Position numbers and translations under genes: made by a program
Assembly (NCBI RefSeq): GCF_039541115.1
Contig: NZ_BAABFP010000005.1
Location: 930,001-994,000, forward strand
Source of the DNA: Angustibacter luteus
GTDB taxonomy: Bacteria > Actinomycetota > Actinomycetes > Actinomycetales > Angustibacteraceae
Reading direction: 5' to 3'
Length of the DNA: 64,000 nt
Part shown: positions 1 to 9,247 of the stretch, piece by piece
Layout of the letters: each line of letters starts with the position of its first letter
How positions within the stretch are numbered: the first letter of the stretch is position 1
Notes under the pieces: model-generated
The model's input: only the letters and a program-made list of their open reading frames with translations
What the model was told of the DNA's origin: nothing
The model's database searches: none

Positions 1-116
1 GTGGTGGTGAGCTGGTCGGATGGCGCCTGCTCGGCCCAGCCGGCCGCGATGGCGTCAGCGGCCTGCTGGGCGTCGAGGTGGCCGGCGAAGGTGTCAGGGG
101 CGATCAGGACGCGCAC
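1..116 (-). CDS. Glycerate kinase, N-terminal part (runs off the window edge)
   Basis: Not in the ORF track. Minus strand from GTG at 116 reads MRVLIAPDTFAGHLDAQQAADAIAAGW, matching the 'vlIAPDxFxG' glycerate kinase N-terminus; GGGAGG SD upstream. Confidence 0.8.
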   Translation of the reverse strand, partial: MRVLIAPDTFAGHLDAQQAADAIAAGWAEQAPSDQLTT

Positions 117-190
117 GTCGGCATCCTCCCAGGTCAGGGTCGTCGGTCCGGACGGATGTCGGTCCGGGGCCCTGTGCGACGATCGTGGAC

Positions 191-1387
191 GTGAGCACCT
201 TCGCCGAACCGGCTGCCACTCCTGCCGCACTGCTGCTGCTCGGTCGCGGCCGTGACCTGGCCAGCGAGCGCGGCGTGGAGTGCCCCGGCGACCTGCCCGC
301 GCCGTCCGACCCCGGACTGGTGGAGCGAGCACGGGCGGCGAAGGCGGCGCTCGGCGACCAGGTCTTCGTACTCGGGCACCACTACCAGCGCGACGAGGTC
401 ATCGAGTTCGCCGACGTCACGGGCGACTCGTTCAAGCTCGCGCAGCAAGCGGCGGCTCGGCCGGACTCGCCGTACATCGTGTTCTGCGGCGTGCACTTCA
501 TGGCCGAGAGCGCCGACGTGCTGACCGCCGAGCACCAGCAGGTCGTGCTGCCGGACCTCGCGGCCGGCTGCTCGATGGCGGACATGGCCGCGATCAGCCA
601 GGTCGAGGACGCGTGGGACGACCTGGTGGACGCCGGCGTGGCCGACGACGTCGTGCCGGTGTCGTACATGAACTCGACGGCGGCCATCAAGGCGTTCACC
701 GGGCGGCACGGCGGGACGATCTGCACGTCCTCCAACGCCCGGACGGCACTGGACTGGGCGTTCGCGCAGCGCCCGGCCGGCCGCGGCAAGGTGCTGTTCC
801 TGCCCGACCAGCACCTGGGTCGCAACACCGCGGTGCTCGAGCTGGGCCTCTCCCTCGGCGACTGCGTGCTGTTCGACCCGCACAAGCCGATGGGCGGCCT
901 GACCCGCGAGCAGCTGCAGAACGCCCGGATGATCCTGTGGCGCGGGCACTGCTCGGTGCACGGGCGGTTCAGCCTGGACTCGGTCAACGACGTGCGCGAG
1001 CGGGTGCCCGGCGTCCAGGTGCTGGTGCACCCGGAGTGCCGGCACGAGGTCGTCTCGGCGGCCGACCACGTGGGCTCGACGGAGAAGATCATCCAGACCC
1101 TCGCCGCCGCGCCCGCCGGGTCGTCGTGGGCGATCGGCACCGAGCTGAACCTGGTGCGCCGGCTGGCCCGGGAGAACCCGCAGCTCGACGTGACGTTCCT
1201 GGACCGCACGGTCTGCTTCTGCTCGACCATGAACCGCATCGACCTGCCGCACCTGGTGTGGTCGCTCGAGTCGCTCGCCGCCGGCCGGGTGGTGAACCGG
1301 ATCGTCGTCGACCCGGACGTCGCGCACTGGGCGCGGGTGGCGCTGGACCAGATGCTGGCGCTGCCTGGGATCACCGCGAAGGACTGA
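191..1387 (+). CDS. nadA: Quinolinate synthase A
   Basis: LGHHYQ, GDSF, FCGVHFMAE, AGCSMADM, YMNS, CTSSNA, HCSVH, HPEC, CSTM motifs; start re-picked at GTG 191 (185 also possible). Confidence 0.95.
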   Translation: MSTFAEPAATPAALLLLGRGRDLASERGVECPGDLPAPSDPGLVERARAAKAALGDQVFVLGHHYQRDEVIEFADVTGDSFKLAQQAAARPDSPYIVFCGVHFMAESADVLTAEHQQVVLPDLAAGCSMADMAAISQVEDAWDDLVDAGVADDVVPVSYMNSTAAIKAFTGRHGGTICTSSNARTALDWAFAQRPAGRGKVLFLPDQHLGRNTAVLELGLSLGDCVLFDPHKPMGGLTREQLQNARMILWRGHCSVHGRFSLDSVNDVRERVPGVQVLVHPECRHEVVSAADHVGSTEKIIQTLAAAPAGSSWAIGTELNLVRRLARENPQLDVTFLDRTVCFCSTMNRIDLPHLVWSLESLAAGRVVNRIVVDPDVAHWARVALDQMLALPGITAKD

Positions 1388-1408
1388 CCCTCGTCGAGCG
1401 ACCCGTGG

Positions 1409-1732
1409 TCAGCCGACGGCGATGTAGAGCTTGCGCAGGGGTTCGTGGACGACCCAGGTAGTCCGGTCGCCGGCGTTCAGCCGGACCGCCGAGCCGGGGG
1501 CGAGCTCGAGCGTCTCGGCACCCTCGACGCTGACCGACGCCCGACCGGACAGGACGACGAACACCTCGTCCACCTCGGTGTCCCGGGCCACCCCGAGGTC
1601 GATGGACCAGACGCCGATCTCGGTGTCCCCCAACGTGTCCAGCGTCGCCGCCGCGGTGCGCGGCTCGTCGTCGACCGGGTCGGCGGCCGTGAGCGCCAGG
1701 GCACCGACGTCCGGGCTGAGCAGGCGGCTCAC
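1409..1732 (-). CDS. Small cupin-domain protein (EutQ/DUF861-like)
   Basis: EIGVWS, DEVFVVLSG, TTWVVHEPLRKLY; GTG 1732 overlaps the dipeptidase TGA (GTGA). Confidence 0.8.
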   Translation of the reverse strand: MSRLLSPDVGALALTAADPVDDEPRTAAATLDTLGDTEIGVWSIDLGVARDTEVDEVFVVLSGRASVSVEGAETLELAPGSAVRLNAGDRTTWVVHEPLRKLYIAVG

Positions 1733-3105
1733 GAACCCAGCCCGCCGAGCCGCTCGAGGAGCACGGCCTCCGCGACGCAGACCCGCTCGAACTCGCCCAG
1801 GTGCAGGCTCTCGTCGGCGCCGTGGGCTCGGGTGTCCGGGTCCTCGACGCCGGTGACCAGGATCGCGGCATCCGGGTAGATGGCGGCGAAGTCCGCGATG
1901 AACGGGATCGAGCCGCCGATGCCCATGTCGACCGGCTCGACGCCCCAGGCGTCCGCGAACGCGGCGCGGGCCGCGTCGTACGCCGGCCCGTTCACGTCCG
2001 CCGCGAACGGCTGGCCCGTCTCGCGGACGACGACGTCGACCTTGACGCCCCATGGGGCGTGCGAGCGCAGGTGCTCGGCGAGCAGCTCGTACGCCTCGTT
2101 CGCGTCCTGACCGGGCGCGACGCGCATCGAGATCTTCGCCTTCGCCTTGGCGGCCAACGTGTTCGACGCCTTCGCCGTGGACGTCGCGTCGAATCCGACG
2201 ACGGTCAGCGCCGGCTTGGTCCACAGCCGCGACGTCAGCGACCCCGTACCGATCAGCTCGACGCCGTCCAGCACGCCGGCGTCCGCGCGCAGCTGCTCCT
2301 CGGTCAGGTCCAGGTCAGCGGCCTCACCGCCGACCAACCCCTGCACCGCAACGTCTCCGGCGTCGTCGTGCAGCGTGGCCAGCAGCCGGATCATCGCGGT
2401 CACCGCGTCGATCGCCGCGCCGCCGTACATGCCGCTGTGCACCGCGTGGTCCAGGGTGCGCACCTCGACGTAGGCCTCGACCAGGCCCCGCAGGCTGGTG
2501 GTCAGCGCGGGCACGCCGATCTTCCAGTTCGTCGAGTCCGCGAGCACGAGGACGTCGGCGGTCAGCTTGTCCCGGTGGGCCTCGAGGATCCGGCCCAGTG
2601 ACGGCGAGCCGGACTCCTCCTCGCCCTCGACGAAGATCGTCAGCCCCACCGGCGGCTTGCCGCCGTGCGCCCGGATCGCGGCCAGGTGCGCCATCACGCC
2701 GGCCTTGTCGTCCGCGGCGCCACGGCCGTAGAGGCGGCCGTCGCGCTCGACCGGCTCGAACGGCGCCGACGTCCAGTCCGCGTCCTCCCCCGGCGGCTGG
2801 ACGTCGTGGTGGGCGTACAGCAGGACCTGCGGGGCGCCGTCCGGACCGGGCAGGTGCCCGACGACGGCCGGCGCGCCGCCCTCCGTGAGGATCTCGACGT
2901 CCTGCATCCCGGCCCCGCGCAGCAGCTCCGCCACCGCCTGCGCACTGTCCGCCACGTGGGCCTGGTCGAACGCCTTCTCCGACACGCTCGGGATCCGGAC
3001 GAGCGACTCGAGGTCGCTGCGCACTCGGGGCATCTCACGGGCCACCGCGGCGCGCAGCTCGGCGAGGCGGTCGGCAGACAGGTCAGCAGGGGCCGTCGAC
3101 GTCAT
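1729..3105 (-). CDS. M20 family dipeptidase
   Basis: YAHHDVQP, GRGAADDK, EGEEESGS, HSGMYGG, GGSIP, AHGADESL; ATG 3105 with TAGGGT 7 nt upstream. Confidence 0.9.
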   Translation of the reverse strand: MTSTAPADLSADRLAELRAAVAREMPRVRSDLESLVRIPSVSEKAFDQAHVADSAQAVAELLRGAGMQDVEILTEGGAPAVVGHLPGPDGAPQVLLYAHHDVQPPGEDADWTSAPFEPVERDGRLYGRGAADDKAGVMAHLAAIRAHGGKPPVGLTIFVEGEEESGSPSLGRILEAHRDKLTADVLVLADSTNWKIGVPALTTSLRGLVEAYVEVRTLDHAVHSGMYGGAAIDAVTAMIRLLATLHDDAGDVAVQGLVGGEAADLDLTEEQLRADAGVLDGVELIGTGSLTSRLWTKPALTVVGFDATSTAKASNTLAAKAKAKISMRVAPGQDANEAYELLAEHLRSHAPWGVKVDVVVRETGQPFAADVNGPAYDAARAAFADAWGVEPVDMGIGGSIPFIADFAAIYPDAAILVTGVEDPDTRAHGADESLHLGEFERVCVAEAVLLERLGGLGS

Positions 3106-3139
3106 GCGGGTCACCCTAGCCAGGCGTAGCGTTCAGCCG

Positions 3140-4156
3140 GTGGCGCAGGAGCAGGACGACCAACCGGACAGTGTCGGCACCGTCCTGGTCGCGCTCGCCG
3201 CCAACGCGGGCATCGCCGTCGCGAAGGGCGTGGCCGCCGTGGTGTCCGGCTCGGCGGCGATGGCGTCCGAGACGGCGCACTCGGTCGCGGACACCGCGAA
3301 CGAGGTCATCCTGCTGGTCGCGCTGCGCCGCAGCGACCGCCCGCCGGACCGCGACCACCCGTTCGGCTACGGCCCGGAGCGCTTCTTCTGGTCCTTCGTG
3401 GCGGCGGTGTCGATCTTCGTCTCCGGCGCGGTCTTCGCCGCCATCGAGGGCATCGACACCCTGCTCGGCCCGGCGGAGGAGTCCGCCGGGCTGGTCATCT
3501 CCTCGGTCGTGCTCGCCCTGGCGTTCGTGCTGGAGGGGATCAGCTGGGTGCGCGCCACCCGGCAGGTGCGGTCCGAGGCCCGCCAGCACGACCAGACCGT
3601 CCGCCAGCTGCTGCGCTCGACCGACGACCCGACCGTGAAGACCGTCTTCTACGAGGACTCGGCTGCGCTGGTCGGGGTGGTGCTCGCCTTCGCCGGCATC
3701 TGGCTGCACCACCTCACCGGGTCGTCGGTGCCGGACGCCGTCGCCTCCCTGCTCATCGCAGCGCTGCTAGCGGTGGTCGCGTTCTTCCTCGCGCGCACCA
3801 ACAAGAACCTGCTGGTGGGCAGCCAGGCCGACCCGCGGCTGATCCGCGCCGTCGGTGCCTGGCTGGCGTCCCAGCCGCACGTGGACGCCCTGGTCGACCT
3901 GATGACCCAGCGGATCGGCACGGACCGGGTGCTCGTCTGCGCGCGGCTCGACTTCGCCGACGACCTGGACGCCGCCACCCTCGAGGTCGTGGCCCTGGAC
4001 ATGGACCGCGAGCTGCGGGTGGTCTTCCCGGACGTGGCCGAGGTCTTCCTCGAGCCCGTCCCCCGGCACGACGCCCAGCTGAGGTCGGAGGTCCGGGCCC
4101 GGTACGGCGACCGGGTGGCCGCCGCGCTGGCGGAGGCGGGCCGCGAGCCCAGGTAG
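3140..4156 (+). CDS. Cation diffusion facilitator family transporter
   Basis: SETAHSVADT, HPFGYG, YEDSAA, several TM segments; start re-picked at GTG 3140. Confidence 0.85.
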   Translation: MAQEQDDQPDSVGTVLVALAANAGIAVAKGVAAVVSGSAAMASETAHSVADTANEVILLVALRRSDRPPDRDHPFGYGPERFFWSFVAAVSIFVSGAVFAAIEGIDTLLGPAEESAGLVISSVVLALAFVLEGISWVRATRQVRSEARQHDQTVRQLLRSTDDPTVKTVFYEDSAALVGVVLAFAGIWLHHLTGSSVPDAVASLLIAALLAVVAFFLARTNKNLLVGSQADPRLIRAVGAWLASQPHVDALVDLMTQRIGTDRVLVCARLDFADDLDAATLEVVALDMDRELRVVFPDVAEVFLEPVPRHDAQLRSEVRARYGDRVAAALAEAGREPR

Positions 4157-4165
4157 GATCGCCGC

Positions 4166-4774
4166 GTGCTCGGACGACGCAAGACCAGCGAGAACGTAGC
4201 CCCTGCCCCCGTCAAGGAGGGCCCCGGCAAGAACCAGCCGACCCCGAAGCGACGCGAGGTCGAGGCGGCGCGCCGCCAGCCGCTCGTCGCGCCGACCAGG
4301 CCCACCGGCAAGGGCAAGGGCGGCAAGGCCACCAAGGAAGAGAAGGTGGCTGCGCGCGAGGCCCGCGTGGTGTCCCGCCAGCGGATGATGGCCGGCGAGG
4401 AGAAGTACCTGCCGGTCCGCGACCGTGGCCCCGTCCGCAAGTTCGCCCGGGACTTCGTGGACGCCCGCTGGAACGTCGGCGAGGTCCTGCTGCCGGTGAT
4501 GTTCCTCTTCCTGATCCTGTCCTTCCTGGGCAACGGCGTCATCAAGAACCAGAGCGTGTTCGGCGGGCTGGTCGCCGCCACCTACGTTCTGGTCCTGATG
4601 TCCGCCGTCGACGCGTTCTGGATGCAGCGCCGGGCCAAGAAGGCCCTGCGGGCCAAGTTCGGCGACGCCGTCGACCTGGGCGGCATCGCCTGGTACTGCG
4701 TGATGCGGTCCTTCCAGATCCGTCGCACCCGGGTGCCGCGCGCCCTCGTCAAGCGCGGCGAGTTCCCGGTCTAG
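4166..4774 (+). CDS. DUF3043 family membrane protein
   Basis: GKNQPTPKRREVE, YLPVRDRGPVRKFARDFVDAR, two TM helices, RSFQIRR. Confidence 0.85.
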   Translation: MLGRRKTSENVAPAPVKEGPGKNQPTPKRREVEAARRQPLVAPTRPTGKGKGGKATKEEKVAAREARVVSRQRMMAGEEKYLPVRDRGPVRKFARDFVDARWNVGEVLLPVMFLFLILSFLGNGVIKNQSVFGGLVAATYVLVLMSAVDAFWMQRRAKKALRAKFGDAVDLGGIAWYCVMRSFQIRRTRVPRALVKRGEFPV

Positions 4775-4781
4775 CGCCGCC

Positions 4782-5579
4782 GTGGCCGACGCCTTCTCCG
4801 CGGGCCGCGAGCCCTGGCTCGCCCGCCAGGGAAACCTGCGCAACGTCGTCCGCCAGGAGCTCGTCAGCCGTCAGCTCGCGAGCCATCTCGACCCGGCCCC
4901 CGCGCGGGTGCTGGACGTCGGCGCCGGCCAGGGCACGCAGGCGATCCGGCTCGCCCGCCTGGGCTACGACGTCCTGGCCACGGAGCCGGACGGCCAGATG
5001 CGCGCCGCCTGCGAGGCTGCCCTGCTCGGCGAGCCGGCAGAGGTGGCCGGGCGGGTCCGGCTGGGCGCGACGCCGGTGGAGTCGCTCCTGGACGACCTGG
5101 AACCGCAGTCGTTCGACGTCGTGCTGTGCCACGGCGTCCTGATGTACCTGGACGAGCCCGGCCCGGCGCTGTGGGCCCTGGCCGACCTGGTCGCTCCGGG
5201 CGGCGTCCTGTCGGTACTGGCCCGCAACGCCGACGGCATGGCGCTGCGCCCCGGCCTCCGCCGGCAGTGGGCTGACGTCCTCGACCTGCTCGACGAGGCG
5301 CGAGAGCCCTCGCCGCACTACGTGAACGAGCTCGGCGTGCGGGCCCGCGCGGACCGCCTCGAGGAGCTCGCGTCGTACATCTCCGGACGGCGCATGCACG
5401 TCGAGGCCTGGTACGGCGTCCGGGTGCTGACCGACGGGGTCCCGGTCGACGAGCCGGCGCCGTCCGACCCCGACGAGCTCGCCGCGCTGCTGGACGCCGA
5501 GGAGCAGGTCGGGCGAACCGATCCCTACCGGCGGGTCGGCACGCTGCTGCACGTGGTGGGACGGCGTCCCGCGCAGTAG
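4782..5579 (+). CDS. Class I SAM-dependent methyltransferase
   Basis: VLDVGAGQG, FDVVLCHGVLMY, WYGVRV. Confidence 0.85.
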   Translation: MADAFSAGREPWLARQGNLRNVVRQELVSRQLASHLDPAPARVLDVGAGQGTQAIRLARLGYDVLATEPDGQMRAACEAALLGEPAEVAGRVRLGATPVESLLDDLEPQSFDVVLCHGVLMYLDEPGPALWALADLVAPGGVLSVLARNADGMALRPGLRRQWADVLDLLDEAREPSPHYVNELGVRARADRLEELASYISGRRMHVEAWYGVRVLTDGVPVDEPAPSDPDELAALLDAEEQVGRTDPYRRVGTLLHVVGRRPAQ

Positions 5580-5608
5580 AAAGGGTGCACCCGAGCGAGG
5601 AGTCGAGC

Positions 5609-5944
5609 ATGAAGCTGGCGTTCGTGTACGCACCCGTGACCGACCTGGACCAGGGGGCCGCGTTCTACCGCGACACGCTGGGCTGGGCGGAGGCCTGGCG
5701 CGACGGCGACGACACGGTCGCCTTCGCCATCCCGGACTCCGACGTCCAGGTCATGGTGTCGACCACCCCGCAGGAGGCCGGGCCGATGTACCTCGTCGAC
5801 GACGTGGCCGAGTTCCTGGCAGCGCATGCGGACCTGCCGGTCGTCGTCGACCCCTTCGCGATCCCCGACGGCCAGGTGGCCGGCGTCGCCGACCCGGCAG
5901 GCAACGTGCTGTACGTGTTCGACCAGGCCGGCGGCGAGTCGTGA
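5609..5944 (+). CDS. VOC (glyoxalase/bleomycin-resistance) family protein
   Basis: PVTDLDQGAAFYRDTLG, YLVDDV, DPAGN; GAGGAG SD before ATG 5609. Confidence 0.8.
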   Translation: MKLAFVYAPVTDLDQGAAFYRDTLGWAEAWRDGDDTVAFAIPDSDVQVMVSTTPQEAGPMYLVDDVAEFLAAHADLPVVVDPFAIPDGQVAGVADPAGNVLYVFDQAGGES

Positions 5945-6510
5945 CCGCGCTCCTGGACGTGCTCACCGCCGGGTACGTCGGCGACCGGGTGGCCGGGACG
6001 GTCACCCTCGTCCGGGACGGGGCGCTGGTCGCCGTGATCGACCCCGGCATGGTGGCCGACCGCGACCGGATCCTCGGCCCGCTGACCGACCTCCAGGTCG
6101 CACCCGGCGACGTGACCGACGTGGTCTTCAGCCACCACCACCCGGACCACACCGTCAACGCGGCGCTCTTCCCGAACGCCCGCATCCACGACTTCCAGGC
6201 CACCTACGTGGACGACCAGTGGATCGACCGCGAGTTCGAGGACGACGTCGCGCTGCTGTCGCTGTCCGTCCGGCTGATGCTCACCCCCGGCCACACGCCG
6301 CAGGACGTCACCACGCTGGTGGACACCGACCGCGGGCTGGTCGCCTGCACGCACCTGTGGTGGTCGGCCGGCGGCCCGCTGGAGGACCCGTACGCCGAGG
6401 ACGCCGCCACCCTGCGAGCCTCCCGCCAGCGGGTGCTCGACCTGAAGCCGACGTTGATCGTCCCGGGGCACGGCGCGCCGTTCGTCCCGCTCCCCTCCAC
6501 CCCGTTGTGA
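5941..6510 (+). CDS. Metallo-beta-lactamase-fold hydrolase
   Basis: IDPG, SHHHPDH (HxHxDH), TPGHT, IVPGHG; GTGA overlap with the VOC gene. Confidence 0.85.
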   Translation: MTALLDVLTAGYVGDRVAGTVTLVRDGALVAVIDPGMVADRDRILGPLTDLQVAPGDVTDVVFSHHHPDHTVNAALFPNARIHDFQATYVDDQWIDREFEDDVALLSLSVRLMLTPGHTPQDVTTLVDTDRGLVACTHLWWSAGGPLEDPYAEDAATLRASRQRVLDLKPTLIVPGHGAPFVPLPSTPL

Positions 6511-7748
6511 CGCTGGACGCTCAGCAGACCGCGCAGGAGCTCGCCGAACGCGGATTGCACTGGCTGGCGCAGCAGCCCGTCGATGACGACCTCAGCCTGT
6601 ACAGCGGCCTCGCGGGCGTCGTCCTCGCGCTGCTGGAGGGGCACGGGGACAGCGGTTTCGAGGCGTACGCCGACGCGGCCCTCGAGGGTGCACGGGCCCT
6701 GGCCAGCTCCGTGGAGGGCACCGAGAGCAGCTCGCTCTACTTCGGGAACACCGGGACCGCGTTCTGCCTGCGCGCCGTCCACCAGGTGCTCGGGGACGAC
6801 GACGCCGGCCGCGCGGCGGACCGCGCCCTGATGCTGGTGCGGGAGCGGTTCGACGGCGAGCGCTGGAACGAGATGACCGAGCTGCTGGTCGGCAACGCCG
6901 GGATCGCGCTCGGTGCCCTGGCCGCCGGCGACGAGGAGCTCGCGCTGACCGCGGTCACGCCGTACCTGCGGCTCGCCGACCCGACGCCGGGTGGCGTCAA
7001 CTGGAAGGTGCGGCCGAGCGAGGCCCGCTCGCACCACGTCGCCCACGGCACGCTCGGCATCGTGCTGGCCCTGGCCACCGTCGGTGCGGCGACCGGTCGA
7101 GCCGACCTGGTCGAGCTCGCACTGGCCGGCGCCGCCGACGTGGTGGGCCGGGACGAGGCGGGCCCGGACGGTTTCCTCGTTCCGCACTCGGACCCGCCGC
7201 ACCGACCTGAGCTGATCGAGCGGTACAGCTACGGCTGGTGCAACGGACCGGCCGGCGACGCGCAGGTGTTCCGCCGACTCGCAGCAGTCACCGGCGACCC
7301 TCGCTGGGACGAGCTCCAGGACCGCTGCTGGAACACCGTGGTGGAGTCGGGACTACCCGCCCGGCTGCGTCCGGGGTTCTGGGACAACAACGGCCGCTGC
7401 TGCGGCACCGCTGGGGTGCTCGCACTGGCCTGCGACCGGTACGCCGAGGGCCGCGGCACGCTGGGGTTCGCCGGGGTGCTGGTCGACGACCTCGCCACGA
7501 GGGCGACGGTGGACGGCGCCGGGGCACGCTGGTCGAACGACGAGCACCGCGCGACCCCGAGCCGGCTGCCTCCCCGGAACGGCTGGGCCATGGGCAACGC
7601 CGGCATCGTCCGCGAGCTGCTGCGGTTCCACCGGCTCGCCGGCGGCGGCGACCCCGGATACGCCGTGTGCCTGCCCGACCAACCCGCGCTCGCCGGTACG
7701 GATCCCTACCACCCGGAGCCGGGACGCGAGCAGAATGCGGTGAAGTGA
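6507..7748 (+). CDS. Lanthionine synthetase C-like (LanCL) protein
   Basis: Repeated GxxG barrel motifs (LYSGLAG, LYFGNTG, LLVGNAG, VAHGTLG, WCNGPAG, RCCGTAG, WAMGNAG); GTG 6507 overlaps the MBL stop. Confidence 0.85.
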   Translation: MTLDAQQTAQELAERGLHWLAQQPVDDDLSLYSGLAGVVLALLEGHGDSGFEAYADAALEGARALASSVEGTESSSLYFGNTGTAFCLRAVHQVLGDDDAGRAADRALMLVRERFDGERWNEMTELLVGNAGIALGALAAGDEELALTAVTPYLRLADPTPGGVNWKVRPSEARSHHVAHGTLGIVLALATVGAATGRADLVELALAGAADVVGRDEAGPDGFLVPHSDPPHRPELIERYSYGWCNGPAGDAQVFRRLAAVTGDPRWDELQDRCWNTVVESGLPARLRPGFWDNNGRCCGTAGVLALACDRYAEGRGTLGFAGVLVDDLATRATVDGAGARWSNDEHRATPSRLPPRNGWAMGNAGIVRELLRFHRLAGGGDPGYAVCLPDQPALAGTDPYHPEPGREQNAVK

Positions 7749-7771
7749 CCGGCCCCGGCTAGGGAGCGCGC

Positions 7772-8224
7772 ATGCGACTCGACCCACTCTGCGACGTGAC
7801 CTGGCAGTACGACCTGCTGCACGAGCTCCAGCCGTCCGAGCGGGGTGACGGCCGGGTGTACGGCCAGGGGGTCGGCACGTTCACCGGGCGCCTCGCTGGG
7901 CAGGCCCGATGGTCCAACTTCCCCCGGCTGCGCGGCGGGTTTGCCTACCCGGACGCGCGGGGCGCCATCCAGGTCGAGGGTGGGGCGACGGTGCTGTTCA
8001 CCCTCACCGGCATGTCGTCGCTCACGAACGGCAGTGGCGTGCACGTGCTGACGTTCGAGGCCGAGGACGACGACCACCGCTGGCTCAACGACGTGATCGC
8101 GGTCGGCGAGGGCAGCATCGACCGCGAGCGGGCGGCCCTGTCCATGCGCTACTACGTCTGCCTCGTCGACCACCTTCCCGGCATCGCGCCACCCGGACCA
8201 GACGGATCCGCCGTGGCCCCGTAG
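7772..8224 (+). CDS. Hypothetical beta-barrel protein, DUF3237-like
   Basis: [16 protein letters not shown] and [21 protein letters not shown] resemble DUF3237 motifs; coding-like codon use. Confidence 0.55.
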   Translation: MRLDPLCDVTWQYDLLHELQPSERGDGRVYGQGVGTFTGRLAGQARWSNFPRLRGGFAYPDARGAIQVEGGATVLFTLTGMSSLTNGSGVHVLTFEAEDDDHRWLNDVIAVGEGSIDRERAALSMRYYVCLVDHLPGIAPPGPDGSAVAP

Positions 8225-8234
8225 GGTCGGGATC

Positions 8235-9245
8235 ATGGAATTTCGCTACCTCGGCAACTCAGGCCTGAAGATCTCCGAGATCACCTACGGCAACTGGCTG
8301 ACCCACGGCTCCCAGGTGGAGAACGACGTCGCCACCCAGTGCGTGCACGCCGCGCTCGACGTGGGGATCACCACCTTCGACACCGCCGACGTCTACGCCA
8401 ACACCAAGGCGGAGACCGTGCTCGGCGAGGCGCTGAAGGGCCAGCGCCGCGAGGGGCTGGAGATCTTCACCAAGGTCTACTGGCCGACCGGGCCGGGCGG
8501 ACCCAACGACAGCGGACTGTCCCGCAAGCACATCCTGGAGTCCATCAACGGCTCGCTGACCCGCCTGCAGACCGACTACGTCGACCTCTACCAGGCGCAC
8601 CGGTACGACACCGAGACGCCGCTCGAGGAGACGATGCAGGCGTTCGCGGACGTCGTCCGGCAGGGCAAGGCGCTCTACATCGGCGTGAGCGAGTGGACCG
8701 CGGACCAGATCCGCGCCGGTCACGCCATCGCCCGTGACCTGGGCATCCAGCTCATCTCGAGCCAGCCCCAGTACTCGATGCTGTGGCGCGTCATCGAGGA
8801 GGAGGTCGTCCCGACCTCGCGCGAGCTGGGCGTCAGCCAGATCGTCTGGTCGCCGATCGCGCAGGGCGTGCTGACCGGCAAGTACCTGCCCGGCCAGGCC
8901 CCGCCCGAGGGCTCGCGGGCGACCGACACCGCCGGCGGCGCCGACATGATCTCGCGCTGGATGCGCGACGACGTGCTGACCCGCGTGCAGGACCTCAAGC
9001 CCATCGCCGACGAGCTCAGCCTCAGCATGGCCCAGCTCGCCGTCGCGTGGGTGCTGCAGAACGACAACGTGGCCGCCGCGCTGGTCGGGGCGTCGCGTCC
9101 CGAGCAGGTGCACGACAACGTGAAGGCCGCGGGTGTCCGGATCCCGGCCGAGGCGATGGCCAGCATCGACACCGCACTCGGCTCGATCGTGACGTCCGAC
9201 CCGGCGATGACCGCGGAGAACTCCCCGAAGAAGCGTCCGAGCTGA
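8235..9245 (+). CDS. Aldo/keto reductase
   Basis: LGNSGLKISE, FDTADVY, LQTDYVDLYQAH, YIGVSEW, WSPIAQGVLTGKY. Confidence 0.92.
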   Translation: MEFRYLGNSGLKISEITYGNWLTHGSQVENDVATQCVHAALDVGITTFDTADVYANTKAETVLGEALKGQRREGLEIFTKVYWPTGPGGPNDSGLSRKHILESINGSLTRLQTDYVDLYQAHRYDTETPLEETMQAFADVVRQGKALYIGVSEWTADQIRAGHAIARDLGIQLISSQPQYSMLWRVIEEEVVPTSRELGVSQIVWSPIAQGVLTGKYLPGQAPPEGSRATDTAGGADMISRWMRDDVLTRVQDLKPIADELSLSMAQLAVAWVLQNDNVAAALVGASRPEQVHDNVKAAGVRIPAEAMASIDTALGSIVTSDPAMTAENSPKKRPS

Positions 9246-9247
9246 GC

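Noticed and set aside
6507..7748. Lanthipeptide biosynthetic gene cluster
   Set aside because: No dehydratase, dedicated exporter/protease or Ser/Thr/Cys-rich precursor ORF could be found nearby.
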